Source: Candidatus Heimdallarchaeota archaeon
Lineage (GTDB): Archaea; Asgardarchaeota; Heimdallarchaeia; JABLTI01
NCBI GenBank assembly: GCA_019056785.1
Contig: DXJV01000101.1
Span: 1-30,328, forward strand
Length of the DNA: 30,328 nt
Reading direction: 5' to 3'
Below the pieces are notes generated by a model, which saw nothing but the letters and a program-made list of their open reading frames with translations, ran no database searches and was not told where the DNA came from. Below, one piece after another: positions 9,277 through 20,257 of the stretch. The position numbers were made by a program, and so were the translations under genes. Numbering within the stretch: position 1 is the stretch's first letter; every line of letters starts with the position of its first letter.

Positions 9277-9475
9277 TGGTTCTGCCGCCCTAATTGTTGT
9301 CCTTCAAGAGGAATAACTTTTTTCGAGACAAACGCATACTTAAACTATTCGTTATTATTTAGTTATTAATTAAATCAGTTAATTATCGAAGCATCCTTTA
9401 CTTTTTTTTATATAGATGGGGGCCAAGTGGTTTTTTTAACATAAAATTTGTTATTAATAATGTAAAAAAGAATTA

Positions 9476-10063
9476 TTGGTGGAAGAAAGCTTGTTCGAAG
9501 GAGAAAGTGTACGATTGCGCTCGCTAGAATTGAGCGATGTCCCTTTAATTATGAAACACTGGAATAACATAAACCTCAGAAAAGAACTCGGACCAGTCGT
9601 TCCTCACTCGAGTAATGAGCGGGAAATGTGGGTACGACAAACCTGGAAAGAAAGAGAGCAGCGAACCGCTTTTGTGTTTGCCATTGAAACGAGAAAGGAC
9701 CGGTATTTCTTGGGTCATTGCGCTTTGAAGAATGTCAGGTGGATTAATCGCTCAGCAATAGTCAGTATTGCCATTTATAATAAAAGTGATAGAGGGAAAG
9801 GCTACGGGACAGATGCGTTGAAAGTATTGCTGCGTGTGGGATTTGACTTTTTAAATTTGCATCGCATTGCTTTGAATGTTTTTCATACTAATAAACAAGC
9901 ACTTCATGTGTATGAGAAAATCGGCTTTAAAAAAGTTGGTGAATTACGAGAAACTGATTTTGTGGATGGGAAGTATGTAAATGATGTAATAATGGATATG
10001 CTTGAAGAAGACTATAGACAGCTTTATCATACTAAATTGGCGAAAAATTGTTTGAGGGGTTAA
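9476..10063 (+). CDS. GNAT acetyltransferase, RimJ/RimL-like
   Basis: VRLRSLE; RGKGYGTDAL; LNLHRIALNVFHTNKQALHVYEKIGFKKVGELRE. Confidence 0.9.
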   Translation: MVEESLFEGESVRLRSLELSDVPLIMKHWNNINLRKELGPVVPHSSNEREMWVRQTWKEREQRTAFVFAIETRKDRYFLGHCALKNVRWINRSAIVSIAIYNKSDRGKGYGTDALKVLLRVGFDFLNLHRIALNVFHTNKQALHVYEKIGFKKVGELRETDFVDGKYVNDVIMDMLEEDYRQLYHTKLAKNCLRG

Positions 10064-10087
10064 AAGCAAAGAGAGCAAAGACTGCTT

Positions 10088-10270
10088 TCAAGAATAGATC
10101 TTCTCCAGTTTAACTAATTTATCAATTAGGCGATTAATTTGTTGAATAAGGCGCTCAATTTCAGCCCGTTCCATTTTTTCCATCGTCTGAGAAGTAATGA
10201 ATGCTTGAATTTGTTCCTTTAATTTTTTAAAAGCCCGATCTAAATCCAACTGCTTTCTGGCATAATTCAT
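10088..10270 (-). CDS. Small helical-hairpin/coiled-coil hypothetical protein
   Basis: 60 aa with two amphipathic helices and heptad-spaced Leu/Ile; no overlap with other credible genes. Confidence 0.6.
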   Translation of the reverse strand: MNYARKQLDLDRAFKKLKEQIQAFITSQTMEKMERAEIERLIQQINRLIDKLVKLEKIYS

Positions 10271-10301
10271 GTGTAATTTATCGTTAATAAATTATAAAAC
10301 C

Positions 10302-10730
10302 ATTTGGCAAGCAATTGAGGGGAGCTCTTCATTTACCGGGGGTAAAAGCCAAATAATTCCCCCCTTAAAGAAGGTGGGTGGAGATGGACCGAAAAAAGAA
10401 AAAGTAGTTTCAGTCCATCTCGTATTCTTTAGCCGGAGAATTATTGCTAAAGCGTAACAGTAGTTTTTTTCCAATAGATTCTTTTTTACCAATGAAAAGG
10501 GGTGCGACAACAAATTAACCAGTTGTTGTATCTGAAACACAGGAAGCATTTAATTGAATAATTGTGATGACAGGGCTACTCCATCGTTTGATCCCATGCC
10601 TTTTAGGAAGGATTTTAGTAAGCGTCTCTCAAGTCATTTTCCATCAAACTTTCGTTAACAGTAAATTAGAGAAATATTCTGAACCAAGATAATCATTTCC
10701 TTAGCGAACAATTCTCCAAGAAGAATATTC
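10302..10730. ncRNA. Candidate structured RNA or long structured leader (family unknown)
   Basis: Crossing stems 10302-08/10348-54 and 10315-22/10361-68 with nested hairpin 10332-46; further hairpins at 10381-10421, 10427-10452, 10507-10529 and 10706-10730; no credible CDS. Confidence 0.45.
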
Positions 10731-10827
10731 GGTTTAAAGTATTAAAGCCTTGTAGAAATTTCTTTCCATATTTGTAGTCGAAGAGCTGGTATTTCTAGCG
10801 AATTTTTCCGCAGAAAAAAGAGTGGTG

Positions 10828-11217
10828 TTAAAAGGTTATTTTCTGATGGCATTTTGTGATGGTCCAATCGATTAAAGGCTGAAGGGCCTTTGCCAACTCT
10901 TCTCCCAAAGGAGATAATTGATATTCTACCCTCGGAGGTGCTTCTTGAAAGACTTCTCTGCGAAGCAACCCTGCAGAAAGTAATTCCTGAAGCCGTTTTG
11001 AAAGGGTTGTGTCACTTATTCTGTTTTTTGTCCAACCTTTATGCAATGTCCTCTGGAGATCATTATACCGAAAGCTTTCATTTGTACTTAAAAGATAGAT
11101 GATCTGAATCGACCATTTTTTTCCGAGAAGTTGCAACAATTTTAATGCCGGCGCAAAACAAGGGACGGCTAATTGGGACTCTTCTTGACAAAGGTCTTTT
11201 TTTCCTTCTTGATTCAT
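10828..11217 (-). CDS. HxlR-family winged-helix transcriptional regulator
   Basis: PCF...LQLLGKKWSIQII...RYNDLQ...ISDTTLSKRLQEL...RREVFQEAPPRVEYQLSPLGEEL; N-terminal Cys residues. Confidence 0.92.
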   Translation of the reverse strand: MNQEGKKDLCQEESQLAVPCFAPALKLLQLLGKKWSIQIIYLLSTNESFRYNDLQRTLHKGWTKNRISDTTLSKRLQELLSAGLLRREVFQEAPPRVEYQLSPLGEELAKALQPLIDWTITKCHQKITF

Positions 11218-11323
11218 GATGATTACTCCACTCTTTGATAGTTACTCCATCGCAGATTAGCGAACGCTTAAATAAGCTTGCTTTAGTAAATAAAGTAATA
11301 ATGCTTTATAAAATAAAGTATTG

Positions 11324-11500
11324 ATGAAATTGAAAATGAATTGCACAGAACATGAAAAAACAAGTCATACTGACTGTGGAAAATTTAGTAAAGATGTTCC
11401 AAAAGAGGAACAATTAAAACACTTGAAAGACTGTAAAAGTGAATTATTAGCAAAGGTCGCTGAAATTGATGCGGCAATTAAAAAACTTGAGGAGAATTAA
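11324..11500 (+). CDS. Small Cys/His-containing coiled-coil protein (DUF5320-like C-terminus), divergent from hxlR
   Basis: Below the ORF-track cutoff: MKLKMNCTEHEKTSHTDCGKFSKDVPKEEQLKHLKDCKSELLAKVAEIDAAIKKLEEN* (alternative start 11336), followed by a T-run. Confidence 0.7.
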   Translation: MKLKMNCTEHEKTSHTDCGKFSKDVPKEEQLKHLKDCKSELLAKVAEIDAAIKKLEEN

Positions 11501-11610
11501 TTTTTTCCTCAGAAAATTTTATCTTTAACATTTTTTTCATTTTTCTATGAATCGCAAGTCAATTAGTGCTTCTTTTTATGGATAAATATCGGTAATCATT
11601 GAAAAATTGT

Positions 11611-14832
<3,222 letters not shown>

Positions 14833-14966
14833 TTAAAGCTTTCTTGTTTGCATCATTTTTAATTAGTACGTGGAAAAAAAGAAAAAAAAGCTTGTTTCTA
14901 AAGCTTTTTATCAAATAGAATGCTATTAATCAATTACTAAATACAACTTTAGGAGTAAAATAGATT

Positions 14967-15386
14967 ATGCCAAGATGGAGAATACCCGGAAGAGTTATTA
15001 GAGGAGTAATTAGGCGAAATGTTAGACGGCAAGTGAGAAGAACATTCTTTAGACGAAGAGCCAGAAGATGGTTGATTGGCGGAGCAATTTTATTAGCAAT
15101 AAGTGGAACACATCGAGCAGTGAAACTCCGAGAAGAAGATGCACGACGGTTGGAAAATCATTATGGGCGCCCAGTGGAAGAACTTTCAGAGGACGAAATC
15201 AACCGAGGAATACACTATTATAATATACAACCCTTAACAATTGATGAAAGTGATAAGCAAAGAATTTACGAAGAAGATGAACGGGAAGAGGGTTTACAGA
15301 GCCAAGGGCACAAATATTGTATGTATTGTGGTGCTTTGTTAGAAAAGGATGCAAAATTCTGTTCGAGTTGTGGCGAAAAAGTTTAG
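14967..15386 (+). CDS. Arg-rich N-terminal protein with C-terminal double zinc ribbon
   Basis: AGGAG SD; Arg-rich first 35 aa, short hydrophobic stretch, acidic middle, YCMYCG...FCSSCG. Confidence 0.8.
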   Translation: MPRWRIPGRVIRGVIRRNVRRQVRRTFFRRRARRWLIGGAILLAISGTHRAVKLREEDARRLENHYGRPVEELSEDEINRGIHYYNIQPLTIDESDKQRIYEEDEREEGLQSQGHKYCMYCGALLEKDAKFCSSCGEKV

Positions 15387-15430
15387 AAGAAGAAAAAATT
15401 ACTGCTCTTTTTTTCCTTCCTCTCATTTTT

Positions 15431-15922
15431 TTATTGAAAAAGCTTTCCAATTGCTTCGGCCCAGTTTTCGACATCCTCTTTTTTCCAATTGTCGACAATT
15501 TGTTCGCCATTTTTCCTAACCCATCTGCCACCAAAAGCTGTTTTCGCAAGAGGTTGAAGAGAGGGGTTTTTTGCAATAACTCTGTCAATGTATTTTGAAA
15601 TTACTTTTTGATGTTCTTCTTTGTCGTTTGCTTTTAAGGCATCACCAGCTAAACCCGAGCAAACAAAGAGGGCAACCTTTTTGTTAGTGAAATCCTTCTT
15701 TTGCACAATTTTCTTAACTGTGCGAACCCAGAATCCCATGGCAATACCAGAGCCGATTATTAAATTTTCATATTCTTCAAGAATGTCCTTTAACTTTGCT
15801 TTTTTAGCATTGAATAGAGCAATATCCAACTTGAACTTCGTCTTGAGAATATCTGCAATGATCTCAGCAGACTTTCTAGTCATGCCTTTTCTGGTTCCGA
15901 AAATGATTGCAACTTTTGTCAT
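15431..15922 (-). CDS. Flavodoxin-like domain protein (Flavodoxin_5/HemG-like)
   Basis: IIFGTRKGMTRKSAEIIA FMN-binding loop; LIIGSGI; VALFVCS; AFGGR; DNW...VENWA. Confidence 0.85.
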   Translation of the reverse strand: MTKVAIIFGTRKGMTRKSAEIIADILKTKFKLDIALFNAKKAKLKDILEEYENLIIGSGIAMGFWVRTVKKIVQKKDFTNKKVALFVCSGLAGDALKANDKEEHQKVISKYIDRVIAKNPSLQPLAKTAFGGRWVRKNGEQIVDNWKKEDVENWAEAIGKLFQ

Positions 15923-16010
15923 TAGAACTACCTACGAGGGTTTTTCTTTATCTCCTAATAAAGTCACCCTCACAAATGACAAATAACATTCTCACCTCGG
16001 TTCTCTTTAG

Positions 16011-16250
16011 CTACTCTTCTGTAAGTTCTTCCTCTAGAACTTCCCCTGCAAACCGTGTGTAGGTGCCAAGTTGGAACAATAAAATGATCATAATAGCTAG
16101 GATAATTAAACCAATAAAGAGAAAAACGTATCCCCAAAGACTTGTTCTATCACGTATGAGATAGTAAATTCCCAAAACAACCATTGGAATAGAGCTAACA
16201 AAGACCAGAATAATTGAGAAAATTAATATTTTCGGTGAAAGTTTAACCAT
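16011..16250 (-). CDS. Small two-TM membrane protein
   Basis: 79 aa; two long hydrophobic helices and an acidic tail. Confidence 0.7.
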   Translation of the reverse strand: MVKLSPKILIFSIILVFVSSIPMVVLGIYYLIRDRTSLWGYVFLFIGLIILAIMIILLFQLGTYTRFAGEVLEEELTEE

Positions 16251-16408
16251 TATTTTTCACTTAAGGTAGTATTAGTGATTTACACCTTTTAAATCATTTT
16301 CCATTATAAGAAAGGATTCTTGTTGAAAGCAAAATTATTGCAATACCTTCTTTTGTCAGCTTCCTTAAAATTGTAGTTTTTAGAAGATAAGTTGCTCCCC
16401 ACATTGTC

Positions 16409-18172
16409 CTACCAAAGTGGTAGGGCTCTTTTCTCATCAATTACCGGCAGGGTTTGTTCATCAAAAATAATTCTACGCCTGAATTTTATCTCTTCATTTT
16501 TCATCGGCTTTTTAAACGCGAGAATTTTGCCTGAGAGAAAAGTAATTGTTTTTGCTTTTTCGAGTTTTTCGAAAATTGAGGTGGGAAGGTCAAGTACCCA
16601 GAAAGACTTTAGGCGTTCATTCCATGCATATACCCATAGGCGCTTTCTTTTTTCAATAATTTCTGCAATTTCCCACGGTCCATGATATGGTTTAGCAATT
16701 TTGCAGTTGAAATCTTCCTTTATTTTCTCGAGATTTTTTTGATCTGGTTCTTGTAGAGTTCTGTCCTTAATGGTTGTTTTCAGTATTTCAGCCGCGTCAG
16801 CGATTAGCGGATTGTCAGGAGAGAGGAGGCGCAAATTTGCCAGATGAAGCAGCTCCTGAGCAGCGCTTTTCTTATGTTGAGCTGAAAGTTTTTCATCTTT
16901 TAGCATTTTACTGAGAATTTTCTTTGCCAGTCCAGGGTTGGGAATAGCAAGTGCTTCTTTGGCGAGGAGAAGTAACGTTTCAGCGCTCTGATCTTTGATG
17001 AGTCCAACTTTTCTGTTATAAATAACTAATAGGGCTGTAGCGACAGAACGATATTTTTCTAATTCACTTGAAGAGCTGATCTGGCTTTCTAAAAATTGCT
17101 CGAGATAGCGCATACTTTCTTCGATGGAGCCTAATTCTAGCAGAAGAAGTGCTTCTATGAAAAGTAATTGACTTGCGTTTCGTTGCAAGTTTTCCTCATA
17201 GGAGCGCAAGAAGACAATGGATTGTGCTGCAGCGCGAACATGCGCTAAAGCCCCTACAAGATTTAAATCTAAATGTTCTTGTTCTGCAAGTTCCAAATGA
17301 TAACTTGCCAGTTCTTTATGAATTAGTTCAATAACGATTGGAGGGATTGTTGTCTCTTTTAAAACAGTCCGGAGTTGTTGCATCAATTCCAGGCATGCAT
17401 TTTCTGTCAGAAAATCTGGATCGGTTCTTTTTCTTCGCATTATTTCTAACAAGGGGGTAATCTTCTTTATTTCATTACTTCTCGTTCCGTTTTCGATGAA
17501 AGCAAATATTTGTTGCTGCAATTTGGCATTACTTTGTTCCGAGGCAATGCTCACCTTGGAAAGAATCTCGATGGATGTGGTTATTACTTTTTCATAGGGG
17601 AGTGTTCGTTCTTTTTTCCTCAGGAATTTTTGAAGATAATAATAACTCATAGTAACATTGTCAATAATTTGTTGCCGTCTTTCTGGATCTGAAACGAAAG
17701 GAAGCATCTGGAGAAAGAACAAATGAGTGTATTGACACTTTATACTTTCTTCTCCTTTGGCAAGGTCCTTGACAATGTTATGAACACCTTCGTCATCTGT
17801 AATAATCATAACATCCTTCCCTTGTTCTTTCAAATGATAGGCAAGACGGACAATATCTATATCAGTTAACTTTTCATCCTGTACATCTTGAAAGGTAATT
17901 CTATGTTTATCTAAGGCGAGGGCTTTGATCTGTTCAAAGAACTCATCCCGGGGGCTTTCAAGGAAGGAAAAGAGAATGCGAATTTTATGTATGAATTTTG
18001 TGTGCAAAGCTTCTACGAAATCTTTGCTCAGGTCGTTTTTAGCTAAAACATATTCCATTTCAAGTGGTTTTTTTAACTGCAAGAGAAGTGTGTGGGCTGA
18101 GCTTTTTCTCGAGTGCATATAGATGTAGACTAACGAACAGGTGTCGAAAATACATGTTTTCCCTTTTACCAT
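16409..18172 (-). CDS. PIN-domain protein with central helical/TPR-like region and C-terminal beta-rich domain
   Basis: PIN pattern CIFDTCSL...LTDIDIVRLA...VMIITDDEGV; TPR-like EALLLLELGSIEESMRYLEQ; GGAGG SD; 18 bp after the ATPase stop. Confidence 0.75.
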   Translation of the reverse strand: MVKGKTCIFDTCSLVYIYMHSRKSSAHTLLLQLKKPLEMEYVLAKNDLSKDFVEALHTKFIHKIRILFSFLESPRDEFFEQIKALALDKHRITFQDVQDEKLTDIDIVRLAYHLKEQGKDVMIITDDEGVHNIVKDLAKGEESIKCQYTHLFFLQMLPFVSDPERRQQIIDNVTMSYYYLQKFLRKKERTLPYEKVITTSIEILSKVSIASEQSNAKLQQQIFAFIENGTRSNEIKKITPLLEIMRRKRTDPDFLTENACLELMQQLRTVLKETTIPPIVIELIHKELASYHLELAEQEHLDLNLVGALAHVRAAAQSIVFLRSYEENLQRNASQLLFIEALLLLELGSIEESMRYLEQFLESQISSSSELEKYRSVATALLVIYNRKVGLIKDQSAETLLLLAKEALAIPNPGLAKKILSKMLKDEKLSAQHKKSAAQELLHLANLRLLSPDNPLIADAAEILKTTIKDRTLQEPDQKNLEKIKEDFNCKIAKPYHGPWEIAEIIEKRKRLWVYAWNERLKSFWVLDLPTSIFEKLEKAKTITFLSGKILAFKKPMKNEEIKFRRRIIFDEQTLPVIDEKRALPLW

Positions 18173-18190
18173 TTCTTTTTTTGAACCTCC

Positions 18191-20044
18191 TTATTGGCTT
18201 GACAAGTTGACAATATTGTCCCATTCACTCTCAAGAAAATCTTGGTTGTAAGTGAAAATGATGCTTTGTTTTATTGCTTCACCTTCTATTGCTGTGAGAA
18301 CATCCCGGAAAAGCTTCCCATTGAAGGAATCGAGATGCTGACAAGGTTCATCGATAATCAAAAGATTGAATTGCTCGAGTGATTTTTGAAAAGCAATACG
18401 TATTGCGAGGAGAATAAGAAAGCGTTCGGAACCACTCAGTTCATAGGCTTTTAAAACACGACCGGCCTTTGCCGGCTTGGCTGTGGGAACAAATTTATCG
18501 TCCCAATCTATTCTCCAGTGTTCATTTTTATATTTCTCCCAGATTTCTTCTGCAACTGTTTTTACATTACTAGTCATTTCAAGCCGCAATTTCTTTTTTG
18601 CTTCAGTAATAGTTTCAAGAATTAAGTCGCAGATTTTCTCCTTGTGTTTGAGCTCTTCTTCTGTTTTTTTCATCCTATTTATTTGATCTTCAGAAACAGC
18701 TTTTGCACCTTCTAAAATTCCCTTCTGTTTGGTTAGCTCTCTCTCTTCTTTATTTAATTCCTCCAATTTTTTCTCCAAACCATTAATTGTTTGAGGATAA
18801 TTTTTCCCTTCAAACAATTTTATCATGCTCTCACAAGTTCGTAAATTTTCGAGTTTTTCACTGATTGCATTTTTCTGAGTTATGTAATATTGGATTCTTC
18901 TGTTTACTTGTTCGATAGAATGGTTGAGTTTTTTAAGCTCGTTTTTTTGCTTTTTTAAATTATCAATTAATTCTTCCAGCTTGCCTTGGAGTTTTTCTAA
19001 TTCTTCTTGCAGATTCTTGAGCACCTTTTCAGTCAACTTCGGGTCCATTTCACGCCCACATGTTGGACAAATACCTTTACCTGCTGTGGCAGATTTTTGC
19101 TCCAGGATAACTTCAACGAGATTCTTTTTGAGAGTTAATGTTGCTTTGTATTCCTTCTCTTGGGAGGTTAAATTGTTTAAAATCTCTTTCGCTTTTTGTT
19201 GTTTAGTTTCCAATGTTTCTTTGTCTTTTTCTGCAGTTTGCTGTCGTTCTATCAATTTTACTTCTAATTCTTTTGGCTCATCTTCCCCCAGGTCAATCAT
19301 AATTGTCTTTAACTCTTCCAGTATTCCATCTCTTTTTTCAACATAATCTTTGAGTTTCTTCAAATCCGTTATTTCATTTTCAATCTCATTCAACCTTTTC
19401 TCAATCTTGGCTGGCTTTAACCCTTTTATTTCTGGAGGAACACCAAGATTAACTTCTATCCCAGCCTTAGTTCTAGATATTTGTTTTGTGATAAATTTCG
19501 TTTGTTTATTTACCTCTCTTTTCAAGTCAAACAATTCATTTTCTATTCTGCTTGCTTTTTCCAAGCCGATGAGACGGTCAATCTCCTTGATGACAGCATC
19601 ATTTGGGTTTGCTAAAAATTCATACACATCTTCTTCTTTCATATAGATGATCCTTTGGAAGATCTCTTCCGAGAGCTCTAAGCGTTCTCTTAAAAATTGT
19701 TCGGCTTCAGGGCCAACATAAAGTGCTTCAGAAAGCTCATCCACGTCATAAATGAAAAGTTGTGTTTTTGGCTTCTTCCCTTTATCCAATTGCCGTCGAA
19801 GCAGATAATCGCCTTCTTTTTTCCCAAAATTAACAATAATATCAACAAAAGCCATTTCCTTATCAGTTCGCCGTGGGTCTGTTTTTTTTGGTAGTAACCC
19901 CGTTAGAGCAAAAGAGATGGCCTTTGCAATACTACTTTTTCCTGATGCATTTGCCCCGTAGACTAAATTTTTTCCGGGTAAAAATGCGAGGCTTATTTCT
20001 TTATGTCCCATCCAATTGTTCAAAGAAATTTGTTTTACAAGCAT
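18191..20044 (-). CDS. Short Rad50/SbcC-like SMC-family ABC ATPase with zinc hook
   Basis: 617 aa; Walker A GANASGKSS; coiled coils around a central CPTCGR hook; signature LSGSE; Walker B LLIIDEP; D-loop QHLD. Confidence 0.93.
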   Translation of the reverse strand: MLVKQISLNNWMGHKEISLAFLPGKNLVYGANASGKSSIAKAISFALTGLLPKKTDPRRTDKEMAFVDIIVNFGKKEGDYLLRRQLDKGKKPKTQLFIYDVDELSEALYVGPEAEQFLRERLELSEEIFQRIIYMKEEDVYEFLANPNDAVIKEIDRLIGLEKASRIENELFDLKREVNKQTKFITKQISRTKAGIEVNLGVPPEIKGLKPAKIEKRLNEIENEITDLKKLKDYVEKRDGILEELKTIMIDLGEDEPKELEVKLIERQQTAEKDKETLETKQQKAKEILNNLTSQEKEYKATLTLKKNLVEVILEQKSATAGKGICPTCGREMDPKLTEKVLKNLQEELEKLQGKLEELIDNLKKQKNELKKLNHSIEQVNRRIQYYITQKNAISEKLENLRTCESMIKLFEGKNYPQTINGLEKKLEELNKEERELTKQKGILEGAKAVSEDQINRMKKTEEELKHKEKICDLILETITEAKKKLRLEMTSNVKTVAEEIWEKYKNEHWRIDWDDKFVPTAKPAKAGRVLKAYELSGSERFLILLAIRIAFQKSLEQFNLLIIDEPCQHLDSFNGKLFRDVLTAIEGEAIKQSIIFTYNQDFLESEWDNIVNLSSQ

Positions 20045-20053
20045 TTTATTTTT

Positions 20054-20257
20054 TCACTCTCCCTCGGTTATTTGTAGATATTTCTTTATCTCAGCTATAA
20101 AATTGAATGATTTATCGTCGATCTTTTTTAATAATTTTTCAATTTCAGCAACTTCTTCCTCACTAATCTTCGAAAAATCTTTCTTGGCTCTCTTATTGGA
20201 CTTCTCACAAACTTCTTGAAATGTTCTTGCTAACACTGCTCCAATTTGTTTTTCCAT
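20054..20257 (-). CDS. 67-aa helical hypothetical protein, tightly linked to the Rad50-like gene
   Basis: GAGGT SD before ATG; charged amphipathic helices; stop 9 bp before the ATPase start, and its last codons contain the ATPase SD (GAGGGAGAGTGA). Confidence 0.75.
   Translation of the reverse strand: MEKQIGAVLARTFQEVCEKSNKRAKKDFSKISEEEVAEIEKLLKKIDDKSFNFIAEIKKYLQITEGE

Noticed and set aside
10269-10549. ORFs 10269..10457 (+) and 10292..10549 (-)
   Set aside because: No recognisable motifs or SD, and they overlap each other; the inverted repeats are better explained as RNA/DNA structure.
10570-10600. Fluoride-riboswitch-like GATGGAGT on the minus strand
   Set aside because: The flanking stem and downstream pseudoknot partner are absent, and no fluoride-related gene follows.
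10564-10682. Box C (GTGATGA) and box D (CTGA) as a C/D guide sRNA
   Set aside because: About 120 nt apart with no clear C'/D' boxes or terminal stem; too long for a typical archaeal C/D sRNA.
18191-20044. Calling the ATPase housekeeping rad50, condensin Smc or Wadjet JetC
   Set aside because: It has a zinc hook rather than a hinge, is short, has altered motifs, and lacks mre11/nurA/herA, scpAB or jetABD neighbours; gene symbol withheld.
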